64,000 nucleotides of DNA, from assembly GCA_008632985.1 (NCBI GenBank), contig QPGO01000012.1, positions 124,001 to 188,000 of the forward strand. Reading direction: 5' to 3'. Shown here piece after piece: positions 49,096 to 60,550 of the stretch (positions within the stretch are counted from its first letter, which is position 1; every line of letters starts with the position of its first letter). A model generated the notes under the pieces. The model ran no database searches and was not told the DNA's origin. It saw nothing but the letters and a program-made list of their open reading frames with translations. The DNA comes from Psammoneis japonica. Taxonomy: Eukaryota. The position numbers were made by a program, and so were the translations under genes.

Positions 49096-51225
49096 ATGGC
49101 ACGCCACCGAGGGAGGCACAACAGTGATAATGCAAAGGAACGAGCTGGGCATGACAACTTTACGAATGTGGGGAAGACAGCCACGTCCTTGCCTATCTAT
49201 CGTCGAAGACATGGCGCTCCATCGTTGATGAAGCTGGCGGTTACTCTTATTACTGTATGCATGCTGGCTGCAACCACTTTCTGGGCTTCTTCCCTTTCTC
49301 ACTGGGACAAATGGGATCACGATAATCGCATGCATCTCATCTTTATTCTGAAAGGCATCGGGAAGGATAAGTTGAGGCGGAACCTTGATATTGCTGTCGG
49401 ATCCCTCCTGACGCACTTGGGACCACCCCCTTTGACAATCCATTTTCTTGCCGACGAGGAAAGCTGGATCTATGCTCGAGGACGATGCCTCAAGTTGCAT
49501 CAAGAGAGCAATGCTCTAGTGGACTTTGTGTATCATAATTTGGACAATGTCATCTCACAGCTTCGTAAAAACGGAACGTATTCAATCATTGAGAACCTGC
49601 GAAAACTCTTTTGCAAGGGATATACCAATGATGATGTTTTCCTCCTTTCTACCATGCTGCATCATGTGCTGCCTGTTCCAAAAGTGATCCAGCTGGACTT
49701 GGATATCATGTTTCATGAGAGCGTCCAGGGCTTGTGGAGTCTCTTTGACGACTTCAGTCAGGAGAGCATAATGGGCATTGCATCGGAAATGCAGCCCGTA
49801 TATCGCAATGTCATGTGGGAGTATCGCAAGAGTCACCCTAGTGTTGGTGCACCAGGAAAAGGGGCGGGATTCAATTCGGGCGTTCTGCTGCTTCATCTTG
49901 ACCGAATGAGAGAATCGAGTCTCTACAGTGCACATTTGGAAAACCCGACGTCACTCGTGAACAAGTACCGCATGCACAAGGCTCATTTAGGTGACCAGGA
50001 TTTCTATTCATTGTTGGGCTGGGAACATCCAGAGCTCTTTTATCGACTTGATTGTGGATGGAATGTTCAACTGTGTACGTGGTGGCGAGATCACGGAGGA
50101 TATGCCAAGCAACAGGAGTTGTTCAATCAGTATCATGATTGTGTTAGCAAGACAAAGCTATCGCATGGTAATTGTGCGACATACATCCCTAGCAGTGCCA
50201 TGTATCTTGAGCCGAAAGAGCAAAATCATCGGGCTCCTAAAAGTGATGGCAAAGATATCAACTCAGCGAACAATTTACGCACAGAGACAGTGTTTCAACT
50301 TCAGAAAGTGAATTATGCTCGACACAAGATGATCCCCAAAGATGGGATACACGTCGCAACAACTATATGTGGGGATCGTTTGTTCCTTGAGGAAGCATTG
50401 GTTATGTTCAGGTCAGCACTCATGTCAACAGAAAGTCATCTAATCTTTCATGTTTTTGCCGAGGACTCCCTTCATTCTCAGTTTCAAAAGCGCGTTGACG
50501 AGTTTATCCCAGATTCTTTCCACCCCGACTTTGATCTTATTCTGTATTCCGTTGAGTACCCGCCTGGGATACACGCATCTGCCTGGAAACGTCTTTTTAA
50601 ACCGTGCTCTAGCCTTCGAGTATTCTTACCATATCTCATCAACGAAAAGGTTGCCAAGAATATCATTTACGTCGACACTGACGTTCTCTTCATCCGACGT
50701 ATCGATGATCTCTGGGCATTGTTTGCTTCCTTCCGCCCTGCCGAGATTGCTGCCCTGACGCCGGAGCACGAGGTAGACTTCATGAGCTGGTACAAGCGTT
50801 TCGCGAGACACCCGTACGTCCCTCCGCGTGGTGTGAATTCTGGCGTAATGCTCATGATGTTAGATCGCATGAGGGCAGATGACTGGAAAGCAAAGATGGT
50901 AGACTACCTCTCCACATATCGGCTTAACATTACCTGGGGTGATCAGGATTTGATCAATATTTACTTCCACATGGAGCCAGACAAGTTGCGGATACTGCCT
51001 TGTCACTGGAACTACCGACCTGATCACTGCCAGTATGGGGAAAACAATTGTCCCTCGGCCGAGCATGATGGTGCTTTCATTTTGCACGGAAACCGCAAAT
51101 CCTTTCATAATGTGACTCGATACCCTCAGTTTGCTTCGATGTATAACGAAATATCATCACTTCAGTGTGAGAAAAGGCCATGCACCAATGTGACGTCTTA
51201 TGTGCTCGGGAGCAGGGCCTGTTAG
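49096..51225 (+). CDS. Type II membrane tandem GT8 glycosyltransferase: XXYLT1-like domain fused to a GXYLT1/2-like domain
   Basis: Domain 1: QLDLD, EMQPVY, GFNSGVLLLHL, HLGDQDFYSLLGWEHPELF, WNVQLCTWWRDHG. Domain 2: WKRLFKPCSSLRVFLP, YVDTDVLF, PEHE, WYKRFARHPY, GVNSGVMLM, ITWGDQDLINI, WNYRPDHC, HGNR. Intronless. Confidence 0.93.
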   Translation: MARHRGRHNSDNAKERAGHDNFTNVGKTATSLPIYRRRHGAPSLMKLAVTLITVCMLAATTFWASSLSHWDKWDHDNRMHLIFILKGIGKDKLRRNLDIAVGSLLTHLGPPPLTIHFLADEESWIYARGRCLKLHQESNALVDFVYHNLDNVISQLRKNGTYSIIENLRKLFCKGYTNDDVFLLSTMLHHVLPVPKVIQLDLDIMFHESVQGLWSLFDDFSQESIMGIASEMQPVYRNVMWEYRKSHPSVGAPGKGAGFNSGVLLLHLDRMRESSLYSAHLENPTSLVNKYRMHKAHLGDQDFYSLLGWEHPELFYRLDCGWNVQLCTWWRDHGGYAKQQELFNQYHDCVSKTKLSHGNCATYIPSSAMYLEPKEQNHRAPKSDGKDINSANNLRTETVFQLQKVNYARHKMIPKDGIHVATTICGDRLFLEEALVMFRSALMSTESHLIFHVFAEDSLHSQFQKRVDEFIPDSFHPDFDLILYSVEYPPGIHASAWKRLFKPCSSLRVFLPYLINEKVAKNIIYVDTDVLFIRRIDDLWALFASFRPAEIAALTPEHEVDFMSWYKRFARHPYVPPRGVNSGVMLMMLDRMRADDWKAKMVDYLSTYRLNITWGDQDLINIYFHMEPDKLRILPCHWNYRPDHCQYGENNCPSAEHDGAFILHGNRKSFHNVTRYPQFASMYNEISSLQCEKRPCTNVTSYVLGSRAC

Positions 51226-51622
51226 TGTTACAGTGACAAACATTTTGAAGCGAAAGTCTTTGGATGCTGATTCTTCATGAAATGCTGGAGCAAAGAAGCT
51301 CAAGTTCAAAATTCTCTGGAAGCGGTGACCCATGGATTAGAGCGGACTGTTCACCGCATGGCTGGAACCCTCGCACTCGCCGGCGGCACGTTCACGGCAT
51401 TCAATGGGCTTCTTCAATCCGACCAAACCGATTGTTCTCTAATTTCCTGAATCAATAAGTAGCTCCTGCTAGCTAGATATCCGAAGAGAAAGAGGCCGAA
51501 AGGAAACAGGCTGGTGAGAGTCGTCTACTCTCTAGAGTAGTAGTCTACCGGTACGACTCTCTCTACTAGAGCTAGAGCTCTCTACTCTAGCTCTACTCTA
51601 GCTAGAGAGAGTACAAGTAGTA

Positions 51623-52131
51623 CAAGTAAAAAACCGGTCTCTGTCCTCTTCAGACCGGTTTGTCCTCTTCCTATTTCCTCGTACTTTCGCCGTGTTGTTT
51701 TTCATAACGCTAATTTAACGCTTACACAGTTTTACACAGATTTACTATCAAAATTTAGTACCAATAAAAAACCGAATTGAGTCCTTATGACCGAATTGAG
51801 TCCTTATCGTAGAAATGTATGGACTTTCTACGAGTGAGATTTGGTAGCTTTCAACACATCATTCAACAATTCTCTACGTAAATGCCGTACAAATTCAACA
51901 GAGACCGAATTGAGTCCTTATCGGGCGAAGGATTGTTGAAATGTACACAAATTTCGATAGTGAATTGTTGAAAATAATAAGGACTCAATTCGGTTTTTTA
52001 CTGGTACATTTACACAGAAACCGGCTGTCCTCTTGGGCTGGCGAAATCTGTGTAACGTGTGTAGAAAATATACCAATCAATCGCGTAGAAACTGTGTAAA
52101 AAATGAAGAGGACGAACCGGTTTTTTACTTG
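51623..52131. mobile_element. Nested MITEs with TA TSDs (outer 51623-52131, inner 51761-52004), Tc1/mariner-like
   Basis: Outer TIR CAAGTAAAAAACCGGT..GTCCTCTTCA; inner TIR CCA[A/G]TAAAAAACCGAATTGAGTCCTTAT; each flanked by TA. Confidence 0.85.
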
Positions 52132-52424
52132 TAGTAGTAAGTACAGTACGTACCGTACGTGCCAACGGGTCGGCGGAGGGACGCCTCATTTGTGAAGACT
52201 TACTTACGTACTCGCGCGCACGCGAGGCACGCGTTGCGGTTGGGAGACTGATCTGTGATCTCGGTCAGAGTGCAGAGTGCAGATGAGACGATGACAGCGC
52301 GTTGCTATGTTGCTGTGATCGTTCTTCCTTGCTGTTGCTTGAACGTGGAATACAATCGATGACTTGGACGCGTTGAATGCCTTGCTGAGACGGAATCGAT
52401 TTTTGCCGTGCACTCGTCGATCGA

Positions 52425-53693
52425 ATGACGGCAGTCTCTAGCAGCAGAGGAATGGTGCTTGTACACTCGCTGGTGCTAGTCTGGTGCTGCATGATCTCTT
52501 GCCTTTCGCTGACGGCTGCAGTGGAGACGCTAGATGATGTTTCCTTCTCGGACACCACCATCAGCATGCTCATCGAGACGGCAAGGGAGGAATACAACGA
52601 GTCAGAATCCTCGCAAGATGAGCAACAAGTGAGCCGTGACGGCTTGACGTTTCCGTCCGAACTGATTCCGCCTTATCGGGATGTTATTCGAGCCGACCTT
52701 GCGCCTTGGTTAAAGCAAGGTATATCTAAGGAGCTTCTGGATGGTGCGAGCGGCCAAGGTGTCAAGTATCAGATTGTCGACGGACGACTCTACCGGCAAA
52801 AGGAATGTATGTTTCCAGCCCGCTGCAAGGGGATTGAACACTTTCTGTTCGAACTGATGGAGGACGGTCTCCAGGATCTGGAAGTGATTATCAATGTGTG
52901 GGACAATCCGCGCATATACAGGACGAGAGGGTCGCCAGCGCCGCCGCTCTTATCATTTAGCAAGACTGATCAGTTTCTCGATATCATGTATCCTGCATGG
53001 ACATTCTGGGCAGGAGGACCGGCTGTGCGGCCCATATATCCATCGGGCCTCGGTCGATGGGATCAGTATCGCCAGCTACTCATTGAGAAAGCACAAGAGT
53101 TCCCATGGGAAAAGAAAGACAAAGTTGCATACTTTAGAGGGTCGCGAACGTCGGCTGAACGTGATCCACTCATCTTACTCAGTCGCACAGAGCCGGATCT
53201 GGTCGATGCATCCTATACAAAGAATCAGGCTTGGAAGTCGGATGCCGACACTTTGGGCGAGCCCGCCGTGGAACCGGTCCCTCTTGTTGATCATTGTAGC
53301 TTTGCCTTTCTCTTCAACTTTCGTGGTGTGGCCGCATCCTTTCGGTTCAAGCACTTGTTCTTGTGCAACTCGCTGGTATTTCACGTCGGGGAGGAGTGGC
53401 AGGAGTTCTTTTACCGAGCACTCCGGCCGTGGGTGCACTATGTGCCAGTAACCTATGGCATGAAGGAAGTACCACAGTTGCTAGAGTACTTTAAACAAAA
53501 TGAAGATGAGGCCAAGAGGATTGCAAAGGCGGGGCGTGATTTTGTTTTAAATCATTTACGAATGGAAGACATTACACTATATTGGAAGGCTCTTCTTGAG
53601 AACTATGCCAGCTTGCTTCGTTTCGAGGTGAAGAGAGATTCTTCATTGTTGGAGATCTCCGAACCGGTGGCAAAGGACCGTTTCGAGTTATAA
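52425..53693 (+). CDS. POGLUT1: Protein O-glucosyltransferase POGLUT1/Rumi-like (CAP10/GT90)
   Basis: Signal peptide; CMFPARCKGIEHF, DIMYPAWTFWAGGPAV.PIYP.GLGRWD, FRGSRTSAERDPLILLSR, YTKNQAWKS..DTLG, LFNFRGVAASFRFKHLFLC; C-terminal KDEL-like RFEL. Intronless. Confidence 0.93.
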   Translation: MTAVSSSRGMVLVHSLVLVWCCMISCLSLTAAVETLDDVSFSDTTISMLIETAREEYNESESSQDEQQVSRDGLTFPSELIPPYRDVIRADLAPWLKQGISKELLDGASGQGVKYQIVDGRLYRQKECMFPARCKGIEHFLFELMEDGLQDLEVIINVWDNPRIYRTRGSPAPPLLSFSKTDQFLDIMYPAWTFWAGGPAVRPIYPSGLGRWDQYRQLLIEKAQEFPWEKKDKVAYFRGSRTSAERDPLILLSRTEPDLVDASYTKNQAWKSDADTLGEPAVEPVPLVDHCSFAFLFNFRGVAASFRFKHLFLCNSLVFHVGEEWQEFFYRALRPWVHYVPVTYGMKEVPQLLEYFKQNEDEAKRIAKAGRDFVLNHLRMEDITLYWKALLENYASLLRFEVKRDSSLLEISEPVAKDRFEL

Positions 53694-54029
53694 CGTGGCT
53701 ACGATGCGCGACGTTCCAAGCCACAATAGAGTATCTGTTATCACTGTTGAGGAAAATGAACACATGCATATGGATGATACAGTACTGTATCTCCCATCCC
53801 GATACTCAAGAAGTCGAATTCTCCGACACGATAAGCGAAGCTTTGTGGAAGCGATTGTCACGAATGCTCGTTCAATGATCACTTGTTTCTATACGATGTC
53901 TAAACCAAGCTTTAGTGAAGAATCGGGATTGTCCGCTCTTCATTCGTAGTTACAGTAGTAGTCTAGTCTACCTAGAACCGAAGCGACTACTGCATCTACG
54001 TTCTGGTACTGGAATTCACACACAGGTCA

Positions 54030-54930
54030 GCAATCTACACCACTGCCGACATCCACATGCTGTCATGAGGTGTTCTATCCAGCACCTGCACCCGTTCAGC
54101 ACCAAGCTCTGAATCAAGCTGACGAATCATCAAACCTGGCGTCTTCCTGTTAGAACACGCACCAAGACATGCACTGATGTTGTGAGAAGAGGGACAGATG
54201 GCATTGAACCTGGATCTGGCTGCCTGGACTGCCCGCCACCTCAGCAGAAGATAGAGCCCCTCTGGCTCTCACGAGAAGAGACAAGATCCACGGATCGTCT
54301 CATTCAGGTGAGGAAACCCAACAGCAAACAAGAGATTGCTCTGCAGCATGTTTCTCACTGTCTTTGTCACCCCAGCTGTCACAACAGCACAGTGGCCGGT
54401 GACAGTGCAGGAGCTGCAATGCAGCATGATGTTTCCTCTTGAGAAAGCATTTTTGTCTGTTCTTCATTGTCCGTGTCCAGGGACAGCAAGCATGGCACAA
54501 GAGCTGATTGAAAAATTGTGGCAGCTGTGCATCTTCAAAGAACAGCTCATCAGCCATGTCATCCAGCACAAAGCTCCAGGGCCAAGGGAAAAAACCAGAC
54601 CACAGACATGGCTGCTGTGGTGCCCCAGCAACCAGATGGCCAAGTCCGTTAGAGTCAACTGCAGATGACTGTCACACTGGCAATTGCACAGTCACTTGCA
54701 CTCATTGGCATGAGCCCACTGCCCAGCAGACTGCAAGTTTGCCTGGAAGACACAAGAGGCATCACGGCAAGGATTGCCACCAAGACTGTTCACTCAGCCA
54801 TTGATGCGCAATGGCAAGCTGACAACTGCCAAAATTTTGCTTGTGCCAATGCCACCATGACATGTTGTGTCAAACTGGTGGCTGGGCTCCAACCCGAAAA
54901 ATTACCTGACCAATTGGGCACAGCTGTGTC
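54030..54930. mobile_element. Short TA-depleted relic, unclassified
   Basis: Composition only. Confidence 0.4.
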
Positions 54931-55427
54931 AACGAGATACTTGTGGATCATAACACATCTCATTGGCTAAGCAATTCTTCGTGGTTGACAAATGAACGTC
55001 GGCGACGGGTTCACGTGTTGTTTTCTCGTGCTTTGGCGACATGAGCCAGGTTAGTCGAGTTAATCCCCGTACGAATCCTGCGGAGGTACTTCGAGCCACA
55101 AGCCTGTTCCTTGGTTTTCACCAGACAAATTAATAGCTCTGAGCTACAAGCGGAAACGGTAAGCTTGTAGAAACAACCGGCTTTTCCTTATTTTCACCAG
55201 ACAAGATAATCGAATCTTAGATATTTTATGGAACTGTTGGCAGAACGCGGTGCTTTCTACAGTGTAACTTGTCACCGAAAACTAGACCATCGGCGTCAAA
55301 CACTGTCCTGCTAACAACAATAGTGACGGCGCGTGTTGAACATTTCACCCACGAAAGTCATAAAATCTATCTAAAGTTCATGCAATTGTTCTACCGAGAC
55401 CACTAATAGCAACGGTTTCGGTGTCAT

Positions 55428-58419
55428 CTAGTAGAGGTCAGCCCTATCAGAGGCGTAGAAGCGTTGTCCTCCAGCCTGAGTTAACATGCTCTCAGTGAGG
55501 CGAAGGCGGCTTCCTGATCGGATAATGTGGCCGTACTCTTCGTACTCGAAGAGCTCGTTCTCTTTCTCCATTTGACGGATTTTGGCGACATCCGCCTCCA
55601 CGACCTTGCTATCCGCATGCATAAGTACCACACTACCAAGACCGGTGAATAAATCCACAGTGTAATCGACCTGTGATCCAACCTTGACACCGGTTTCGAG
55701 GTAAACAAACGATGGGAGCTCCTTGATGACGTCGAACCCAGGGGTGCTCTTGACTTTTCCACGCGAAAATGAGACTAGGATAACTTCTTGGCCTGAAGCT
55801 TTGAAGGGACTGGGTGGAATTTCAGGTAGAATCTGGAACTGCTGCTTGTCCAAATAGGCGTCAACAGTAGCCTCCACCTGGGTGTGGCCGCCTGTGAGAG
55901 CACGAGTGAGTGGTCTCCAACTGCCGTCGCCGCCGTGCGTACGGCATTTGACTTCAATCAGACATGGTCCGCTTGGTGTCATGATACACTCTCCATGAGT
56001 AGGACCATTCTTGATGCCCATCGCATCCAGCACTTTGCGCATGTAAGGGATGAGGATCTTTGCGTCAGGAGATTCGGGGTCCACGGGGACACTACCAAAG
56101 TATACAGACGCGGCACCATTTGCAGGGCGCTTCTGGTACTCCCAAATCATGAGGGTCTTGTGACACCATCTCTTGACACGTGGTCAAGAACATATTCTTT
56201 TCCTCGCAAGAACTCTTGGCACAAAATACTCTGTTTGGATTCCAGCAAGAGCGTGCAGTGCTCCTTTGCTTCTTCCGCATTGTGGCAGAGCTTCACCCCA
56301 TCCAACCCAGACGATTCGGTGGGCTTGACCACAATTGGATAAGACTCGCTGAGAAGGAATTCTTCAACCTCCTGGAGGCTACTGCCTCCGGCCTGGCGTA
56401 TTGTGCGGAGTCCAGCAGCCTTGGCGAGCTCTTGCTGAACCTTTTTGTCGCGACGGTTTGGAACCGAAGTACCGTTCGAACGAACTTCAAGACGCTCCGA
56501 GAGGGCATCCGTGAGTTCGACACCTATTTCTCCTCCGGTGATGCATGCGACAATGCGGAATTGTCCAGCGGCCTTGTACAATTGTTGCACCGTATCGGCA
56601 AGAGTGTCGCCCTCTTGGACTTGATGGAGCATTTTCATGTTGGCGCACTCGAGAGGAACATGATTCTTCATTTCCTTTGGGAAGTCCTTTGTCCAGAGGG
56701 TAATGACTTGGTAGGTGCGATTAAGAATCTCTTTCATAACCAAGTATCCGGTGGAATAGGGGTTTACCATCACCACAATCTCCTTGGAGGCATCCACAGT
56801 CGTCATGCGCTTTACAAGCGGCCCTCGCAACTCGGGGCGATCGTTGGAAGCGATGCGGACCAGCGATGGCCCATCCGAAGAAAAGACACGACGGTGGCTC
56901 TTTTTACCATCAAGAGTCTTCACTTCTGAAACCGACTCGAGGCATACAGAGTCACCTCTAGGCCTCTTGAGGGCCTCCACCTTGGTCTCGTACACAAAGA
57001 AACCATTGATTTTTTCCATGTAACGGCAGAATTCTACATCTTTTTTAAGGACTTCATCGTCTTCGTTGATAAGAATCACTCCTCCAGGGGTGGTACCAAG
57101 GTCAACCGTGTACTCTGCCCTTCCACCGACGTGGACGCAACACTGGAGACTCACAAACGATGGTAGTTGCTTAATCACTTCATATCCAGGCATCGATTTG
57201 ATGGTTCCCTCTGAGTTGGAAACAAAGATAACTTCTTGACCGGACGCAAGAAACGGGCTAGGCGGCTTGTCTGGCAATGCCAAGAAAACGTCTGGGTCAA
57301 GGTAGGCATCCACACTTGCATCGACTTGAGAGTATCCGCCAGTCAAAGCTCGAGCCAACGGCACCCAGTTTCCGTCGCCGCCATGGGCACGGCAATTCAT
57401 TTCCACGAGACATGGTCCGTCTGGTGTCATCATTACTGAAGCGAGAGAGAACAAAAGAGCGACAATGTGAGCATCAGAGTGATCAAAAGAGGATCCCGAA
57501 AAAAAGTAAAGGTTAACACTCCATTCAAAGACACATTTCTTCGTACCTTCTCCGTGAGATGGTCCATTTTTTAACCCCAACGCATCCAAGACGCCTCGCA
57601 CATAGGGAATTAGAATTTTGGCTTCTGGAGATTCAGAATCAACCGGAAGGCAACCAAAGTAGACAAAGGCCGAACCGTTGGCCGGGCGCTTATCGTAGAC
57701 CCACACCATGGTAGTCTTGTGGACGCCATCACGAGAAACGTGATCAACGACATATTCCTTGCCCTTGAGGAATTCTTGACAGAGCACCGATGGACATTCA
57801 CCTCCGTTCACCATTTCGTAGTTTTCCATCAACAAATTAAAGTGTTCCGTCGCTTCCTCGTACGTATGGCAGAGCTTGACACCATCCGAACCGGCAGACT
57901 CGACGGGTTTCACGACAACGGGATATTCCTCCTTTTTGAGAAAATCAACAACGTCATCCAGCACTCACCACCGGCCTGGCGTACCGATCGAAGTCCATAT
58001 TCCTTGACAAGTTCTTGTTGGATTTTCTTGTCACGACGGTTCGGAATGTCCGTGCCATTGGTAAGAACACCCATTTTTTCCGACAGCGCATCGGCAAAGT
58101 CGACACCCGCCTCTCCACCCGCCATGCAAGCCACAATGGGCATTTCTCCAGCGATTTTGCGAATGTTTTCAATGACATCTTCGACCGACTCGTCGTCACC
58201 TTGTGTAAGCTCGGCAAAGTATTCGAGATCCTTGCATTTCTCGGGAACGTGCAATTTCATTTCTTCGGCAAAGCCCTTGTTCCATATCGCAACGACCTTG
58301 TATCCACGACGAGAGATTTCTTGTGAAATCAAAGCCGCGGTTCCATAAGGAGTCACAATGACAACAATTCCATGATTGGCGTATGGAGACGATCCTTCGG
58401 ATGATGAGAAGGGTGCCAT
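55428..58419 (-). CDS. Tandem double ATP-grasp domain enzyme (amino-acid ligase-like); intron ~57439-57547, indels near 57965 and 56150
   Basis: Two copies of NRRDKK.QQEL, YP.VVKP.ES.G.DGVKLC, CQEFL.GKEYV.DHVSRDG, GP.HGE, CL.E..CR.HGGDG. Confidence 0.88.
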
Positions 58420-59086
58420 GGTGGTGTTTTTTGTAGCAGCAGTGGGAGGAGAAGTACTAAGCCTTGCTTCGGCGGTAGCAGCGTCTCGATGTTGTTTCTT
58501 TTTGACCCAACGCACAGCGAATGGTTCAGACGACATGTGAGAACAAATATCGTCGCCGAGGAAGCGTTTGAAAATTCAGAAATCGATTGGTGGGTGTTGT
58601 TTGGTGAGATGGCCACGTAAGAGACGTGAATGAAAAAAAGAGACGGAGTTGTTTGAACTTTCAATTTTTCTGCGAATCAAGATGTGGCGAGCAAATCGAA
58701 AAAAGATTTGCAATTTGAAATTTATACGAGATCGAATATAAACAATTCTCGAATTGACTGGCTGTCATCCATCTCCCAACGGTTGCATTCCCGAACTCCC
58801 ATAATCACGTGTTCTTCTCCATAAGTAAAATCGAATTATTTAGCCGCCTATTGCCTGCCTTTTCTGTCCTGCGCCTCACCCTCACATTTTGCGCGCAAAA
58901 TCGAAATCGCGTGGCAAGCGACCGAAGCTCGAAATTGCAACACTTGCACGTCGTCGTTTGAGATCCACACAGCATTCCCAACCATCAGTCTCTGGGACAG
59001 AGACTTGCTGCACTTGCACGAAAAGTGGTCGCTATTGTCACGTGTCTCGAATTTTTTCGGCTCATTTACTCCAAAAGACCGAAACC

Positions 59087-60550
59087 ATGGGAGGCGAATC
59101 AGGAATGGTCCACAGATGTGGATTGACGGAGATTATCATTTTCATCTTGGCACTTGTTTCTGGTACAGCATGCTCCATTTGTTCCAAGACAATGATGGAA
59201 CTGCACGGCATTGGGATTACCGGACAAGAAGAAGTGTTTGAAAAACCGATTTTTCAAACCTTTGGCATGTTTGTGGGGATGCTTTTTGGTTTGGTCATGC
59301 ATGCTGCCGTTGTAATCTTTCAAATTCCCTTTCCCGGATATGACTTTCCATCATCAAACGATACAGACATTGAACAGGAACTGCCTAAAAACAAGTATGC
59401 TACCGAATCCGATGCGCTGATTCCACCCAAGAATGGAGCCAAGCAGCAACTTGCTACTACGGTTGCTTCTCCTGCTCCCATTGCTCCCGACACGAAGGAA
59501 CCAATTCCGGTGTGGATGTACTTTTTTCTGGCAATTCCGTCCATTTTTGATTTGGGCGCCACTGCACTCTGCATGATGGGTCTACGGTATATTGATGTTA
59601 GTATCTACCAGTTGTTGCGTGGTTCGGGTATCATTTTTGTGGCCCTCATGAAACAACACATATTGAGAGACAAGCTGTTTGGTTTTCAATGGGTTGGCGT
59701 TTTTTGGAATGTTGTCAGTGTCTGTTTGGTGGGGTCTACCGCCATTCTTGCCTTTGACGCTGGATCGTCGGACGAAACCAAGCTATCGGGTTCACACGAG
59801 GGTGAAGCACTCTTGGGTGTTGTGTTGGTCTTATGCGGAGCGTTTGTGCAGGCATGTCAATTTGTATTTGAAGAAAAGGTCATGACCATGGATATTCCGT
59901 CGCCTCCCTTGCTCCTTATCGGTATGGAGGGATTATGGGGGACTGTGCTTTGCTTGCTTGTGGTGTATCCCTGGTTATTATCTGCCAGGTACCGATCATG
60001 GATCCTACGAAGACCCGTGGAATACTTGGGAAATGTTCCGAACCTCAACCACCATTCAATTCTCGTTCGTGGTGTATTTCCTGGCGATCTTTTGTTACAA
60101 CTTGTTTGCGATTCTTGTCACGTACATGCTAAACAGCGTGTGGCACGCCATTCTTGACAACTTTCGTCCCATTACTGTTTGGGGTACGGACTTGTTTACA
60201 TACTATGTCATTTACAAAGCATCTTCGACGCAGTTTGGTGAAGCTTGGACTCAGTGGAGCTATCTGCAGCTGGCAGGAATGGTGGTGTTGCTGTACGGGA
60301 CAGCCGTGTACAATGCACCGAATGCAGGATCGATCCTGCTCCAAGGCAAGTGGTGGGATTTCTTTCTTGACTTTCGAAGAGAATACCGTGAAATTGAGCA
60401 AATGGAGGAAGAAGCAAGCTGGATGCTCATTGGGAAGAAATGCAAAAGCAGTTCCTTGCTAAAAAGGGTACAAACTCTTTTTACGGGGAACGATCGCCCT
60501 TCCAATCCGTCCACACACAGGCCCTTCGTGGTCTAGCATCACCGAAAATT
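59087..60550 (+). CDS. SLC35F6-like DMT/nucleotide-sugar-transporter family membrane protein (indel near 59970)
   Basis: PIFQTFGMFVGM, IPSIFDLGATAL..GL.YIDVSIYQLLRGSGIIFVAL, QFVFEEK, LIGMEGLWG. Confidence 0.85.

Noticed and set aside
32247..60550. Programmed frameshifting or mass pseudogenisation of the MaoC, POT, ATP-grasp and SLC35 genes
   Set aside because: Single-base indels in otherwise conserved frames, some in short homopolymers, are best explained by long-read assembly errors; raw reads are needed to confirm.
59087..60550. SLC35F6-like transporter as the UDP-sugar supplier of the glycosylation cluster
   Set aside because: It lies outside the duplicated boundaries, belongs to a widespread subfamily, and has no established UDP-Xyl/UDP-Glc specificity.
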